A DNA stretch of 60,613 bases from an uncultured Nitrospirales bacterium (GTDB lineage Bacteria > Nitrospirota > Thermodesulfovibrionia > UBA6902 > BMS3Bbin08), in assembly GCA_964574765.1 (NCBI GenBank), contig CAZNPC010000003.1, positions 1 through 60,613 of the forward strand, written 5' to 3'. The notes below the pieces were generated by a model. The model was not told where the DNA came from and made no database searches. It worked only from the letters and a program-made list of their open reading frames with translations. Of this stretch, positions 1 to 9,391 are shown in pieces (the first letter of the stretch is position 1; the number at the start of each line of letters is the position of its first letter). The position numbers and the translations under genes were made by a program.

Positions 1-1
1 T

Positions 2-715
2 CAGACCGGTAAAGCAAAACAGAATTATTTCCCTCTTCCTCCGGACAATCCGCTTGTTCCGACAGAAAGAGAGTTTACCGGCTATGCATGGCTCGTTGGT
101 GCGGACTTTGACCTTAATGAAATGATCGACCTCAACGCGGAACTTGCCTATGGAAGCGGCGACAAATGCAACTATGCGATGCCAAATTCCGACTCAGCCT
201 GCGGAAGCGTAGACAGCGGAGCCAAGTATGAAGGGTTTGTAACCACACTGGGCAGTTCCCAGCACTATACTTATGTGTATGAGTACAGAGTAAGGTCTGC
301 AGCCGGCGCAACCGGTACAGGCCTGGCCAGTACCTGGTATGTAAACATTGGCGGAACTGTAGAAGCGGCACCTGATCTTTCATTTGCTGCTAATTTATAC
401 TTCCTCCAGGCATCCAAGCCTGTTGCTCTCAACGGAGCCAGGAATATTGACGGTACGTCCTTTACTTCCAAGGATCTTGGAATTGAGATCGATGCAAAGA
501 TGGAGTACCAGATCGAGAAAAACCTTGTGTACTATGTTGAAGGCGGCTATATGTTTGCAGGCGATGCATATGATATCCCGCAGGTATGTTCTGCTACAGC
601 AGGTTGCGGATCGCCAGTCCCTGCGTCTATTCCTTTAGGCGCCATTATTCCCGGCAACAATGAATCACCTGACAATGCCTATGCTGTGAGACACGGTCTG
701 CTGTTATCGTTCTAA
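2..715 (+). CDS. Outer-membrane beta-barrel (porin-like) protein, C-terminal part; 5' end outside window
   Basis: Frame is open from nt 2 with no stop before the ATG at 122. Gly/Tyr/Ala-rich alternating beta-strand pattern. Ends ...RHGLLLSF with the terminal Phe typical of BAM substrates. Strong hairpin terminator follows. Confidence 0.5.
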   Translation, partial: QTGKAKQNYFPLPPDNPLVPTEREFTGYAWLVGADFDLNEMIDLNAELAYGSGDKCNYAMPNSDSACGSVDSGAKYEGFVTTLGSSQHYTYVYEYRVRSAAGATGTGLASTWYVNIGGTVEAAPDLSFAANLYFLQASKPVALNGARNIDGTSFTSKDLGIEIDAKMEYQIEKNLVYYVEGGYMFAGDAYDIPQVCSATAGCGSPVPASIPLGAIIPGNNESPDNAYAVRHGLLLSF

Positions 716-748
716 TACTTCGGCTGGGCTCAGTATACAGCTCGTCAT

Positions 749-788
749 AAAGAAAGGCGTCCCGAATTTCGGGGCGTCTTTCTTTTCG
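749..788 (+). terminator. Rho-independent terminator after the OMP gene
   Basis: AAAGAAAGGCGTCCCG-AATTT-CGGGGCGTCTTTCTTT forms a 16-bp stem (two G-U pairs) with a 5-nt loop and a T-rich 3' arm, 34 nt after the stop codon. Confidence 0.7.
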
Positions 789-878
789 TCTTTGCTGTCC
801 CACCGGATATAAAAACAACCCCGGGCGCAAACTCATATTAATGGTTCTGACTTAAGAACAGGGATGTTCGGAGTTTAC

Positions 879-907
879 TTGTCATTTTTTAATTCATAAC
901 TTATAAT
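879..907 (+). promoter_or_regulatory. Candidate sigma70 promoter for yebC-ruvCAB
   Basis: TTGTCA (879-884), 17-nt spacer, TATAAT (902-907), about 60 nt upstream of the yebC ATG. Confidence 0.4.
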
Positions 908-967
908 TTCTTTTCATTAGTAGTAAAATAAGGGATCCATTATCAATATATTAAAAGGAGCATATAA

Positions 968-1708
968 ATGTCAGGACATTCCAAATGGGCTTCTATCAAA
1001 CATAAAAAAGCCATAGTAGATGTAAAAAAAGGCAAGGTATTTTCCAAGGTATCAAAAGAACTCAGTGTAGCAGCCAAAATGGGCGGGGGAGACCCTGGAA
1101 TGAACCCGAGACTCAGGCTCGCGGTTGACAAGGCCAAGGATTCAAATATGCCTGCTGATAATATTAAAAAAGCAATCATGAAAGGTACCGGCGAGCTCCC
1201 CGGTGTGTCATATGAAGAGACTGTTTACGAAGGATACGGCCCTGGCGGTGTTGCATTAATAATAGATGTACTTACAGACAACAAGAACAGGACAATATCA
1301 GAGCTCAGGAACGTAATGTCCAAAAACAGCGGAAATATCGGTGAATCCGGATGTGTTGCATGGATATTTGATAAAAAAGGATACATACTGGTTGATAAAA
1401 AAACCATAGATGAGGATGTTCTTATGTCTGTTGCCCTGGACGCCGGCGCGGATGATGTCAAAAACATGCCTGACGAAGACAGTTACGAGATCATAACATC
1501 CCCGGAAGAATTTAACAGGATCAGGGATTTCCTTAAACAGAATAAAATTGAACTTAAGTTTTCAGAAGTTACCATGATACCGAAAAATTATGTAAAACTT
1601 GAGGCTGATGATGCTAAGAAAATGATCAAGCTGATGAATATTCTTGAGGAACATGACGATATTCAGAATGTATACGCGAATTTTGATATCCCGGAAGACA
1701 TTCTATAA
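968..1708 (+). CDS. yebC: YebC/PmpR-family transcriptional regulator
   Basis: [15 protein letters not shown]... N-terminus is diagnostic of the family. 246 aa. SD AAAAGGAG upstream. Conserved yebC-ruvC linkage. Confidence 0.95.
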   Translation: MSGHSKWASIKHKKAIVDVKKGKVFSKVSKELSVAAKMGGGDPGMNPRLRLAVDKAKDSNMPADNIKKAIMKGTGELPGVSYEETVYEGYGPGGVALIIDVLTDNKNRTISELRNVMSKNSGNIGESGCVAWIFDKKGYILVDKKTIDEDVLMSVALDAGADDVKNMPDEDSYEIITSPEEFNRIRDFLKQNKIELKFSEVTMIPKNYVKLEADDAKKMIKLMNILEEHDDIQNVYANFDIPEDIL

Positions 1709-1714
1709 GAAAAC

Positions 1715-2200
1715 ATGCGTGTAATTGGAATTGATCCAGGAACTGCATGCTGCGGTTACGGGATCGTAGATATAAAGAATGGTTCTCTGGTCTACATTAA
1801 AGCCGGGGACATTAAAATGAACAGCAAGGACGCGCTGCCTGACCGGCTTAAGGTCCTTTATGATTCATTGAAATCAGTTCTTGCCGAATACAGGCCTTCA
1901 CATCTGTGCATTGAAAAAATATTCTTTCATAAAAGTGTTCGTTCCGCCTTTGCGCTTGGCGCCGCCCGGGGAATCGCCATGCTTGCAGCCGCGGAAAACT
2001 CACTGCCTGTCTTTGAATATAACTCTACAACTCTTAAAATGGCCCTGACCGGATACGGGAGAGCGGAAAAACATCAGGTTAAAACAATGGTAAAGCGAAT
2101 CCTGAACATTAACGACCATGACAAATCACTTTCTGAAGACAGTTCAGATGCCCTTGCTCTGTGTATATGCCATATAAATTCATCAAATAAGTTAAAATAG
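1715..2200 (+). CDS. ruvC: Holliday junction resolvase RuvC
   Basis: MRVIGIDPGT..GYG N-terminus with catalytic Asp. 161 aa. Starts 6 nt after the yebC stop. Confidence 0.95.
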   Translation: MRVIGIDPGTACCGYGIVDIKNGSLVYIKAGDIKMNSKDALPDRLKVLYDSLKSVLAEYRPSHLCIEKIFFHKSVRSAFALGAARGIAMLAAAENSLPVFEYNSTTLKMALTGYGRAEKHQVKTMVKRILNINDHDKSLSEDSSDALALCICHINSSNKLK

Positions 2201-2301
2201 AACAAGTTTTAGCCGGGGACTTACAACATAACCTGTTTCGCTAATATGTTAACCGTAACAACCGGAAGCCGCCAGCTAATAACGAATTACGGTTTTTATT
2301 G

Positions 2302-2319
2302 ATCTGTGAAAGTCTGTGG
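2302..2319 (+). repeat. Two 10-bp-phased TCTGTG-core half-sites upstream of ruvA
   Basis: ATCTGTGAAA / GTCTGTGGCT, 21 nt upstream of the ruvA TTG start. Same core as the repeats at 5720, 19921 and 27395. Confidence 0.4.
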
Positions 2320-2339
2320 CTGAATGGGAGAATTAAAGG

Positions 2340-2915
2340 TTGATAGCATCCCTCAAGGGCATTATTAACAGCAGGAAACCCGATAAGGTTATCATTGAAG
2401 TAAACGGAATAGGCTATCACGTCAGCATACCCCTTTGCAGTCTGAGCAGTATTCCTGAAACCGGGGAGCAGGTCTTTCTGCATACTTATACACATGTCAG
2501 GGAAGACGCTCTTCAGCTCTACGGATTTCTCTCTGAACAGGAGAAAGAGACGTTTATAATGCTGATAGGGATCACCGGCATCGGGCCAAAACTTGCTCTT
2601 GCGATCCTATCCGGCATGCCCGCGCAAAGATTCCTTGAAGCTGTTCATAATGAAGACCTGTCACTGCTGACTGCCATTCCCGGCCTTGGCAGGAAAACTG
2701 CCTCAAGGCTCATACTGGAGCTCCGGGGAAAGCTTCTGCCGGGCGACTCGGCACAAGACCCGGTTGCAGGTGACGCGATTTCCGCGCTCGTTAACCTGGG
2801 GTATAAAAGGCCTGCATCAGAAAAAGCCGTAGATAACGCCATGTCAGCCGGCGCATCTTCCATAGAGGACATAGTTAAAGAATCCCTTAAATATCTTACA
2901 AACGATAAACAATGA
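2340..2915 (+). CDS. ruvA: Holliday junction branch-migration complex subunit RuvA
   Basis: TTG start giving (M)IASLKGII. HhH motifs [11 protein letters not shown] and IPGLGRKTA. 191 aa. Confidence 0.95.
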   Translation: MIASLKGIINSRKPDKVIIEVNGIGYHVSIPLCSLSSIPETGEQVFLHTYTHVREDALQLYGFLSEQEKETFIMLIGITGIGPKLALAILSGMPAQRFLEAVHNEDLSLLTAIPGLGRKTASRLILELRGKLLPGDSAQDPVAGDAISALVNLGYKRPASEKAVDNAMSAGASSIEDIVKESLKYLTNDKQ

Positions 2916-3928
2916 ACGATTCTCCTGATAGAAACATAGGCCCTGAAGCCCTGGATGAAGACCTTGGCTTTGACTTTAGTGTCAGGCCCGGGTCATTTGA
3001 TGAATTCGTGGGGCAGAACAAGATAAAAGACAACCTTCTTGTCTTTATTCAGGCGGCAAAACAGAGAGGTGAACCCCTTGACCATGTACTTTTCTGCGGC
3101 CCCCCGGGTCTTGGTAAAACAACCCTTGCTCATATTATCTCCTCCGAGCTTGGAGTGGAAATAAAGGTCACTTCAGGCCCTGTTCTTGAGAGGCCCGGCG
3201 ACCTTGCGGCCATTCTTACAAACCTGCGGGATAAAGATATTCTCTTTATCGATGAAATCCACAGGCTTCCGAGAATATCAGAGGAAATACTGTATCCGGC
3301 AATGGAAGATTACCAGCTCGACATCATAATAGGGCAGGGGCCAAGTGCAAGAACACTTAAACTCAGCCTGCCTAACTTTACCCTTATAGGGGCCACTACA
3401 AGGACAGGCCTGCTGACCTCGCCCCTAAGAGACCGTTTTGGTGTGATCAGCAGGCTTGACTATTACAACCCTCAGGACCTTGAGAGCATTCTCATGCGGT
3501 CCGCCAGTATATTCAACATTGAATTGAAAAAAGATGCGGCCGCAGAGATAGCATACAGGTCAAGAGGAACTCCGAGAATAGCTAACAGACTGCTTAAGAG
3601 GGTCAGGGATTTTGCTCAGGTAAAGGGAAACGGCATCGTCGAAAAGAAGATAGCTCAGGATTCCCTTATGTCCATGGACGTTGACGAAAAGGGTTTTGAT
3701 GAAATGGACAGAAAACTCCTGCTTACGATAATAAGAAAATTCAGCGGCGGCCCTGTCGGACTTGACACACTGGCTGCCTCTGTTCAGGAAGAGAAGGACA
3801 CGATTGAAGATGTATATGAACCTTATCTTTTGCAGAAAGGTTTTATTGAAAGGACATCGAGAGGACGAACAGCAACAAACCTTGCTTATGAACATTTCGG
3901 AATCAAAAAGGACAGCAATTTGTTTTAA
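2912..3928 (+). CDS. ruvB: Holliday junction ATP-dependent DNA helicase RuvB
   Basis: Walker [10 protein letters not shown], Walker B region FIDEIHRL. 338 aa. ATGA start/stop overlap with ruvA. Confidence 0.97.
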   Translation: MNDSPDRNIGPEALDEDLGFDFSVRPGSFDEFVGQNKIKDNLLVFIQAAKQRGEPLDHVLFCGPPGLGKTTLAHIISSELGVEIKVTSGPVLERPGDLAAILTNLRDKDILFIDEIHRLPRISEEILYPAMEDYQLDIIIGQGPSARTLKLSLPNFTLIGATTRTGLLTSPLRDRFGVISRLDYYNPQDLESILMRSASIFNIELKKDAAAEIAYRSRGTPRIANRLLKRVRDFAQVKGNGIVEKKIAQDSLMSMDVDEKGFDEMDRKLLLTIIRKFSGGPVGLDTLAASVQEEKDTIEDVYEPYLLQKGFIERTSRGRTATNLAYEHFGIKKDSNLF

Positions 3929-3972
3929 ATTGCCCGGTTTAATAAAATTCCGTTAGCTCTCCGTCTTTCTCG

Positions 3973-4623
3973 GTGAAATATTATTTTATGAAAATTCTTA
4001 TGCATATCTGCTGTATTAACTGCCTTATATACCCTTCTCAATCTCTCAAAAAGGAAGGTCATGACCTGACAGGTTTATGGTTTAACCCTAACATTCATCC
4101 ACATGAGGAATATATACAGCGGCTCGATTCTCTGAAAAAACATGCAAAAACATTGTTGATCAAAGATGTTATTTACCCGGAAGAATACAGGCCGGATGAT
4201 TTCTTCAGCATTTTCAGGACATCGGACAGCTCCGGGTCATCAACCGGCATACCCAATGATGTCGATGAAATTGCTCCTTTGTTCCCGGACCGTTGTATAT
4301 CCTGCTACAGGCTTCGGCTGGAAAAAACCGCCGAACAGGCATCAGAATACAATTTCGACGCCTTCACTACCACTCTTCTTATCAGCCCGTATCAAAACTT
4401 TGACCAGATCAGCCTGGTTGGCAAAGAATTGGCCGACAGGTATAATATTGCGTTCCATCTCACGGATTTCAGGCCCTACTTTAGTAAATCAATGGCTGCC
4501 GCCAGAGAGATCGGTACTTACAGGCAAAAATACTGCGGATGCATTTACAGTATGAAAGAAAGATCCAGTAACAATAAAAAGTTAAACATGGCCGTGCTGC
4601 GGGAGGAAAATCAAGCTCAATGA
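3973..4623 (+). CDS. queH: Epoxyqueuosine reductase QueH (DUF208)
   Basis: HICCINC, CISCYRLR and YCGC cysteine motifs typical of QueH. The start may be ATG 3988 rather than GTG 3973. Confidence 0.8.
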   Translation: MKYYFMKILMHICCINCLIYPSQSLKKEGHDLTGLWFNPNIHPHEEYIQRLDSLKKHAKTLLIKDVIYPEEYRPDDFFSIFRTSDSSGSSTGIPNDVDEIAPLFPDRCISCYRLRLEKTAEQASEYNFDAFTTTLLISPYQNFDQISLVGKELADRYNIAFHLTDFRPYFSKSMAAAREIGTYRQKYCGCIYSMKERSSNNKKLNMAVLREENQAQ

Positions 4624-5600
4624 AAAAGCTTTTATGTCTGGCAGCAATTCTACTGTGTCTTGGCGCTCAGAACGCAGGAGCAGAAGAGGACACAATAAAG
4701 GTTCTTATTATTGAAAATCCACATGCTCCCCTGCCTTCTGAAAAAGCTAAAAAGATCGCTTTCCTCAATGGAGAAGTATTTATTAACGATAATATATACC
4801 AGGGCTCGATTAAGGTAAGCAAAGATGAGAACGGCCTGCATTTTATAAACGAGCTCCCTTTTGAGGAATATATTGAAGGAGTTGTTGCCGCAGAGACGGC
4901 GCCTAACTGGACATTGGAAGCTCTGAAGGTTCAGGCGGTTATCTCACGGACATACGCGATCTATCAGAAACTGCTGACAGCCGGGAAAGACTACCATATA
5001 ACTTCCAGTGTGCTTCATCAGGTCTATAAGGGCAGCAATACAAATAAAATTATCAGGCAGGCTGTGCAGGAAACCTCAGGCGAATTCCTGGCCTACGATG
5101 GAAAGCCTATAGAGGCCTTTTATCATTCAACGTGTCAGGGCAAAACAGAGTATCCTGATGCTGTATGGGGTAAAAGCTACCCATATTTACAGTCTGTACC
5201 CTGCCGGGGCGAACACTCCCCCTACGAACACTGGCAGAGAAGATTCAGCATAGATGAACTGGAGCAGGCCCTTGGATTGAAAGGCATAAAAGGCCTGGAC
5301 ATTACTTCACATACTTCAACTGGCAGAGTTGAGTTTCTAAAAGTCACTGCCGAAGACCTGGAGATAGAGATAAAAGCCATTGATCTGAGAAAACTCCTGG
5401 GATACAGGGAACTGCCAAGCACTGATTTTACAGTGACCATAGAAGAGGCAAATGTTATTTTTGAAGGGGGAGGATATGGTCATGGAGTCGGCCTGTCACA
5501 GTGGGGCTCCCTGGAACTGGCAAATGAAGGAAAAAATTACAAAGAAATACTGGAACATTACTATCCCGGCACAGTGCTGGAGAAACAATCAACAAAATAA
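4620..5600 (+). CDS. SpoIID/LytB domain protein (secreted)
   Basis: Signal peptide MKKLLCLAAILLCLGAQNAGA. Motifs AVISRTYA, YHSTCQGKTE, GHGVGLSQWG. ATGA overlap with queH. Confidence 0.85.
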   Translation: MKKLLCLAAILLCLGAQNAGAEEDTIKVLIIENPHAPLPSEKAKKIAFLNGEVFINDNIYQGSIKVSKDENGLHFINELPFEEYIEGVVAAETAPNWTLEALKVQAVISRTYAIYQKLLTAGKDYHITSSVLHQVYKGSNTNKIIRQAVQETSGEFLAYDGKPIEAFYHSTCQGKTEYPDAVWGKSYPYLQSVPCRGEHSPYEHWQRRFSIDELEQALGLKGIKGLDITSHTSTGRVEFLKVTAEDLEIEIKAIDLRKLLGYRELPSTDFTVTIEEANVIFEGGGYGHGVGLSQWGSLELANEGKNYKEILEHYYPGTVLEKQSTK

Positions 5601-5636
5601 TTATCATTGCAAATTTAACATTTTAAAATGCACAGC

Positions 5637-5666
5637 GAGCGAATGTGAGCGAATCTGACGGAATGG
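5637..5666 (+). repeat. 10-bp tandem repeat x3 (GAGCGAATNT)
   Basis: GAGCGAATGT / GAGCGAATCT / GACGGAATGG in the spoIID-queA spacer, followed by the small hairpin AATGG-GTTC-CCATT plus TTT. Confidence 0.6.
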
Positions 5667-5719
5667 GTTCCCATTTTCAGGGCAGTAACTTCAGCTTGAG
5701 TTGAATGAAAGCAGATTAT

Positions 5720-5757
5720 ATCTGTGATTATCAGCAAACAATCTGTGCTCATCTGTG
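5720..5757 (+). repeat. TCTGTG-core repeat unit abutting the queA start
   Basis: ATCTGTG at 5720, 5741 and 5751; the last two are 10-bp phased. Shares the 13-mer TCATCTGTGTTTA with 19950-19962. Confidence 0.7.
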
Positions 5758-5766
5758 TTTAGTATT

Positions 5767-6795
5767 ATGAAACTTTCAGAATTTAATTATAACCTGCCCA
5801 AAGGCCTTATAGCCCAATACCCCGCTGACGAGAGAGACACTTCCAGGCTTATGGTTATTAACAGGAACTCCGGGGATATGAAGCATAAACAGTTCAGGAA
5901 TATTACCGACTATCTTAAGCCCGGCGACGTACTTGTTCTTAATGATACAAAAGTAATCCCGGCCCGTCTTTATGGTACAAAACAATCAGGAGGAAAAGTA
6001 GAGATATTACTTCTGAGAGAGCTTCAGACCAATCTGTGGGAAGCCCTCGTAAAAGGGCTGACTAAAGGCACGGCGGTACTTTCACACGGGATCACAGCCT
6101 CTGTGTCCCGCTCAAACGGAACAGTCATGGTTAAGCTGGAGAGGAATAGCAGAAGATCAGGCGGGGATGACATTAAAAAATCACTGCATGAAATAGGCGT
6201 AATGCCTCTTCCCCCTTACATAAAAAGACCTTCTGTTCCATCAGACTCGGAACGTTATCAGACAATTTACGCAAAGAACGAAGGCGCTATCGCAGCTCCT
6301 ACAGCCGGTCTGCATTTTACCGATAACCTTCTGAGTGCTATAAGAGATAAAGATGTAGAAATACATGCTATCACCCTGGAGATTGGCCATGGAACTTTCA
6401 AACCGGTTGAAGCCGACAATGTTGAAGATCATCATATGTATGAAGAGTATTATAATATTCCGGAAATAACAGCTGCCTCGATTAACCGGGCAAGATCAGA
6501 CGGTAGAAGAGTCATTGCAGTAGGTACTACTGTCACAAGAGCACTTGAAGCTTCTGCCTCGAAGATCCCCAGCAGGATAAGGTCTGGAGCCGACAGGGCG
6601 TCCATCTTTATTTATCCCGGCTACAAATTTAATGCGATAGACGTACTTATTACAAACTTCCATCTCCCCAGATCAACACCCTTAATGCTGACGTCCGCCT
6701 TTTCAGGGCCGGAGCTTCTCTTGAAAGCTTATCAGGAAGCCATACAAAAAGCATACAGGTTTTACTCTTACGGCGATTCAATGATAATAATTTAG
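5767..6795 (+). CDS. queA: S-adenosylmethionine:tRNA ribosyltransferase-isomerase QueA
   Basis: MKLSEFNYNLPKGLIAQYP is the typical QueA N-terminus. Also TAGLHFT and VGTTVTRALE. ATG 5767 is preferred over GTG 5755, which lies inside the repeat. Confidence 0.95.
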   Translation: MKLSEFNYNLPKGLIAQYPADERDTSRLMVINRNSGDMKHKQFRNITDYLKPGDVLVLNDTKVIPARLYGTKQSGGKVEILLLRELQTNLWEALVKGLTKGTAVLSHGITASVSRSNGTVMVKLERNSRRSGGDDIKKSLHEIGVMPLPPYIKRPSVPSDSERYQTIYAKNEGAIAAPTAGLHFTDNLLSAIRDKDVEIHAITLEIGHGTFKPVEADNVEDHHMYEEYYNIPEITAASINRARSDGRRVIAVGTTVTRALEASASKIPSRIRSGADRASIFIYPGYKFNAIDVLITNFHLPRSTPLMLTSAFSGPELLLKAYQEAIQKAYRFYSYGDSMIII

Positions 6796-6879
6796 TTTTT
6801 GAATTTTCTTCCTGTTCCTGCTATGCTTATTTACAGCAGGGAATGCCACTAAATCGATTGATTGTAAAGGAGAATATCC

Positions 6880-7857
6880 ACGGTTAAGCTCGATCTGGAT
6901 CTCGGAGCAGAAAAAGATCTTCCCCTGGTTTACAGCAGGCTTGACAAGAGTCTCAAAATAATAGAAGAGGCCCTTGGCATTGATGCATCTATCAGGGGTA
7001 ACAGGATCATCCTCCAGGGCGGGCAAAAAGATGTAAACAGGGCAAAACAGTTTATCAATGAATTGCAGCTGTTAAACAATAACGGCTACATCGTTAATCC
7101 TGAAGACATAAAGTACATATTTAAAGCCTTTGACGCCGCAAAAACCAAAGACCCGTCTGCATCATTAAAAGAATTCTTTCTGAGTACTATCCCGATATCA
7201 TCCAAAAAGAAATTTATAGTCCCGCGCTCGAGAACACAAAAAAAATACATTGAGGCAATTCAGAAATACGATATGGTATTAGGCATTGGCCCGGCCGGCA
7301 CGGGAAAGACCTATCTGGCAATGGCAATGGCAATAAATGCCCTGCTGAAAAAACAGGTCAGCAGAATCATTCTTGCCAGGCCGGCTGTTGAAGCAGGGGA
7401 AAAGCTGGGTTTCCTTCCCGGTGACCTGTATGAAAAGGTGAACCCGTATTTAAGGCCGCTTTATGACGCGCTTTTTGATATGATGGAGGCTGAAAAGGCG
7501 CACAGGCTGATAGAAAGGGGTATAATAGAGATAGCCCCGCTTGCGTTTATGAGGGGCAGAACTTTGAACGATTCTTTCGTTATCCTTGATGAGGCCCAGA
7601 ACACAACCTCGGAGCAGATGAAAATGTATCTTACAAGGTTAGGGTTTAATTCAAGAACCGTTATAACAGGCGACATAACTCAGGTTGACCTTCCATCAGG
7701 AAAGACTTCGGGCCTTATAGAAACAGAAAAAATATTGAAAAAAATAAAAGGATTATGTTTTATATATTTTTCCGAAACGGACGTGGTCAGACATAAGCTC
7801 GTGCAGCGTATTATCAGGGCTTATGATAAATTTGAAAGGTCTGCCAATGAGCGGTAA
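6880..7857 (+). CDS. phoH: PhoH-family ATPase (5' end uncertain, no canonical start codon)
   Basis: Walker A GPAGTGKTYLA, ILDEAQN. The family's N-terminal segment (LKIIEEALGIDASIRGNRIILQG) is encoded in the same open frame upstream of the TTG at 7063. The frame opens at 6868. SD AAGGAG lies at 6867-6872. Confidence 0.85.
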   Translation, partial: TVKLDLDLGAEKDLPLVYSRLDKSLKIIEEALGIDASIRGNRIILQGGQKDVNRAKQFINELQLLNNNGYIVNPEDIKYIFKAFDAAKTKDPSASLKEFFLSTIPISSKKKFIVPRSRTQKKYIEAIQKYDMVLGIGPAGTGKTYLAMAMAINALLKKQVSRIILARPAVEAGEKLGFLPGDLYEKVNPYLRPLYDALFDMMEAEKAHRLIERGIIEIAPLAFMRGRTLNDSFVILDEAQNTTSEQMKMYLTRLGFNSRTVITGDITQVDLPSGKTSGLIETEKILKKIKGLCFIYFSETDVVRHKLVQRIIRAYDKFERSANER

Positions 7858-9391
7858 ATCAAAAAATAAAAAGAAACAGATAATCAATAAATCTCTCCTG
7901 ATAAAGATCTCCCTTTTGGTATTCTTTTCGCTGATGCTTAGTTTTTCGATCATCTGGGGCAGAATACTGTCACCGGAGTCCGCGGCAGGCATTTTCTTTA
8001 TTACAGGTCTTTTACTGGTCATTCTGTACAAGGACCTGATGAGATACAAACCTTCAATTGACCAGAATTATTCTATTCTGCTGCTCATAGGCATTCTGTT
8101 ATCGGGCAATTTAATAAACGGGAGAGTATTCGATTATATTCTGGAAGGATTTACGTTATGGCTTGGCAATATTGACCCCCAGTTTACTATCTATGCTATT
8201 CCTCTTGCTGCGGGCTCCATGCTCGCAGCCCTTTTGATAGATATTCACACAGCCATTATCTTCTCTGTCATAACAAGTCTTCTCGCCGGTATCTGGCTTA
8301 ACAACCCTTCATATTCTATTTTTAGTTTTGCAACCGGACTTACCGCCGCATTCGGGGTCATAAGGTGCAAAAGACGCTCGGCAATATGGAAAGCCGGCTT
8401 TTCGGTAGGTCTTGTGGGTATGTTCACATCTTTGATTATTTTTTATCAGCAGCAGTTATTAATGACTAGTTCCCTGATAGCAGTCGGACTTTCCTTTTTC
8501 AACGGTCTCATTGTTGCAACATTGGTATCCGCGCTGCTACCGCTCTTTGAATATCTGTTCAAACTGACAACAGACATAAGTCTGCTTGAACTCCTTGACC
8601 TTAACCAGCCGTTGATGAGAAACCTCCTGGTAGAGGCTCCGGGAACTTACCATCACAGCATTATTGTCGGCAACCTGGTTGAGTCCGCTGCCGAAGCAGT
8701 AGAGGTCAATCCGCTGATGGCAAGGGTAAGCGCATATTACCATGACATTGGCAAGACCAAAATGCCCGAATATTTTATCGAGAACCAGATCATGCCCGTC
8801 AGCAGGCATGAAAAACTCGCCCCGCGAATGAGCAGCCTTATCCTGATGTCGCATGTTAAAGAGGGGATAGAGCTTGCAAAGCAGCACAAGTTGCCGCGAT
8901 CAATAATAGATATTATTCAGCAGCATCACGGGACCTCAATTATGGCCTATTTTTACGAAAAAGCAAAGGAACAGCAGGCGGACAGTTCTTCTCCGCCCTC
9001 TGAAAATGACTTCAGATATCCCGGTCCAAAACCGCAAACAAGAGTTGCCGCACTCGTGCTTATGGCTGATGCTGTTGAGGCCGCCTCCCGAACACTTACA
9101 GACCCTATACCGGCGAGGATCGCGGCCCTTGTTGACAGGATCATCAACCGCTTCTTCCTTGACGGCCAGCTGGACGACTGTGAACTGACACTCAAAGACC
9201 TTAGAGAGATCAAGAGCCATTTTGTATATCTTCTTAACAGCATGTTTCACAAACGTATTGCCTACCCGGGTTTCGAAATAGAAGATGACCATCCTGATAA
9301 AGAACCAGCAAAGACTCAAACGTCTAAACAGGATAAAAATAAAAAAGGCAGCCCTGAAGATTCTTTCCCTGTTAGAACAACCCGCGGCTGA
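7847..9391 (+). CDS. pgpH: 7TM-HD (HDIG) membrane phosphohydrolase, PgpH/YqfF family
   Basis: Multiple TM helices followed by an HD domain (YHHSIIVGNL, YYHDIGK, HHGTS). Conserved phoH-pgpH-ybeY-dgkA order. Alternative ATG at 7823. Confidence 0.8.
   Translation: MSGKSKNKKKQIINKSLLIKISLLVFFSLMLSFSIIWGRILSPESAAGIFFITGLLLVILYKDLMRYKPSIDQNYSILLLIGILLSGNLINGRVFDYILEGFTLWLGNIDPQFTIYAIPLAAGSMLAALLIDIHTAIIFSVITSLLAGIWLNNPSYSIFSFATGLTAAFGVIRCKRRSAIWKAGFSVGLVGMFTSLIIFYQQQLLMTSSLIAVGLSFFNGLIVATLVSALLPLFEYLFKLTTDISLLELLDLNQPLMRNLLVEAPGTYHHSIIVGNLVESAAEAVEVNPLMARVSAYYHDIGKTKMPEYFIENQIMPVSRHEKLAPRMSSLILMSHVKEGIELAKQHKLPRSIIDIIQQHHGTSIMAYFYEKAKEQQADSSSPPSENDFRYPGPKPQTRVAALVLMADAVEAASRTLTDPIPARIAALVDRIINRFFLDGQLDDCELTLKDLREIKSHFVYLLNSMFHKRIAYPGFEIEDDHPDKEPAKTQTSKQDKNKKGSPEDSFPVRTTRG

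Noticed and set aside
2245-2297. ACCGTAA...TTACGGT inverted repeat followed by a T-run in the ruvC-ruvA spacer, considered as an internal terminator.
   Set aside because: The 7-bp stem has a loop of about 30 nt, which is too weak or unusual to call.
6858-6887. prfB-like +1 programmed frameshift from a TTG-initiated 9-codon uORF (MIVKENIHG*) into the phoH frame at GGT TAA G.
   Set aside because: The TTG has no SD. The SD-to-shift-site spacing (9 nt) is unlike the prfB arrangement. GGU-to-GUU re-pairing is poor. The AAGGAG is better explained as the phoH ribosome-binding site.
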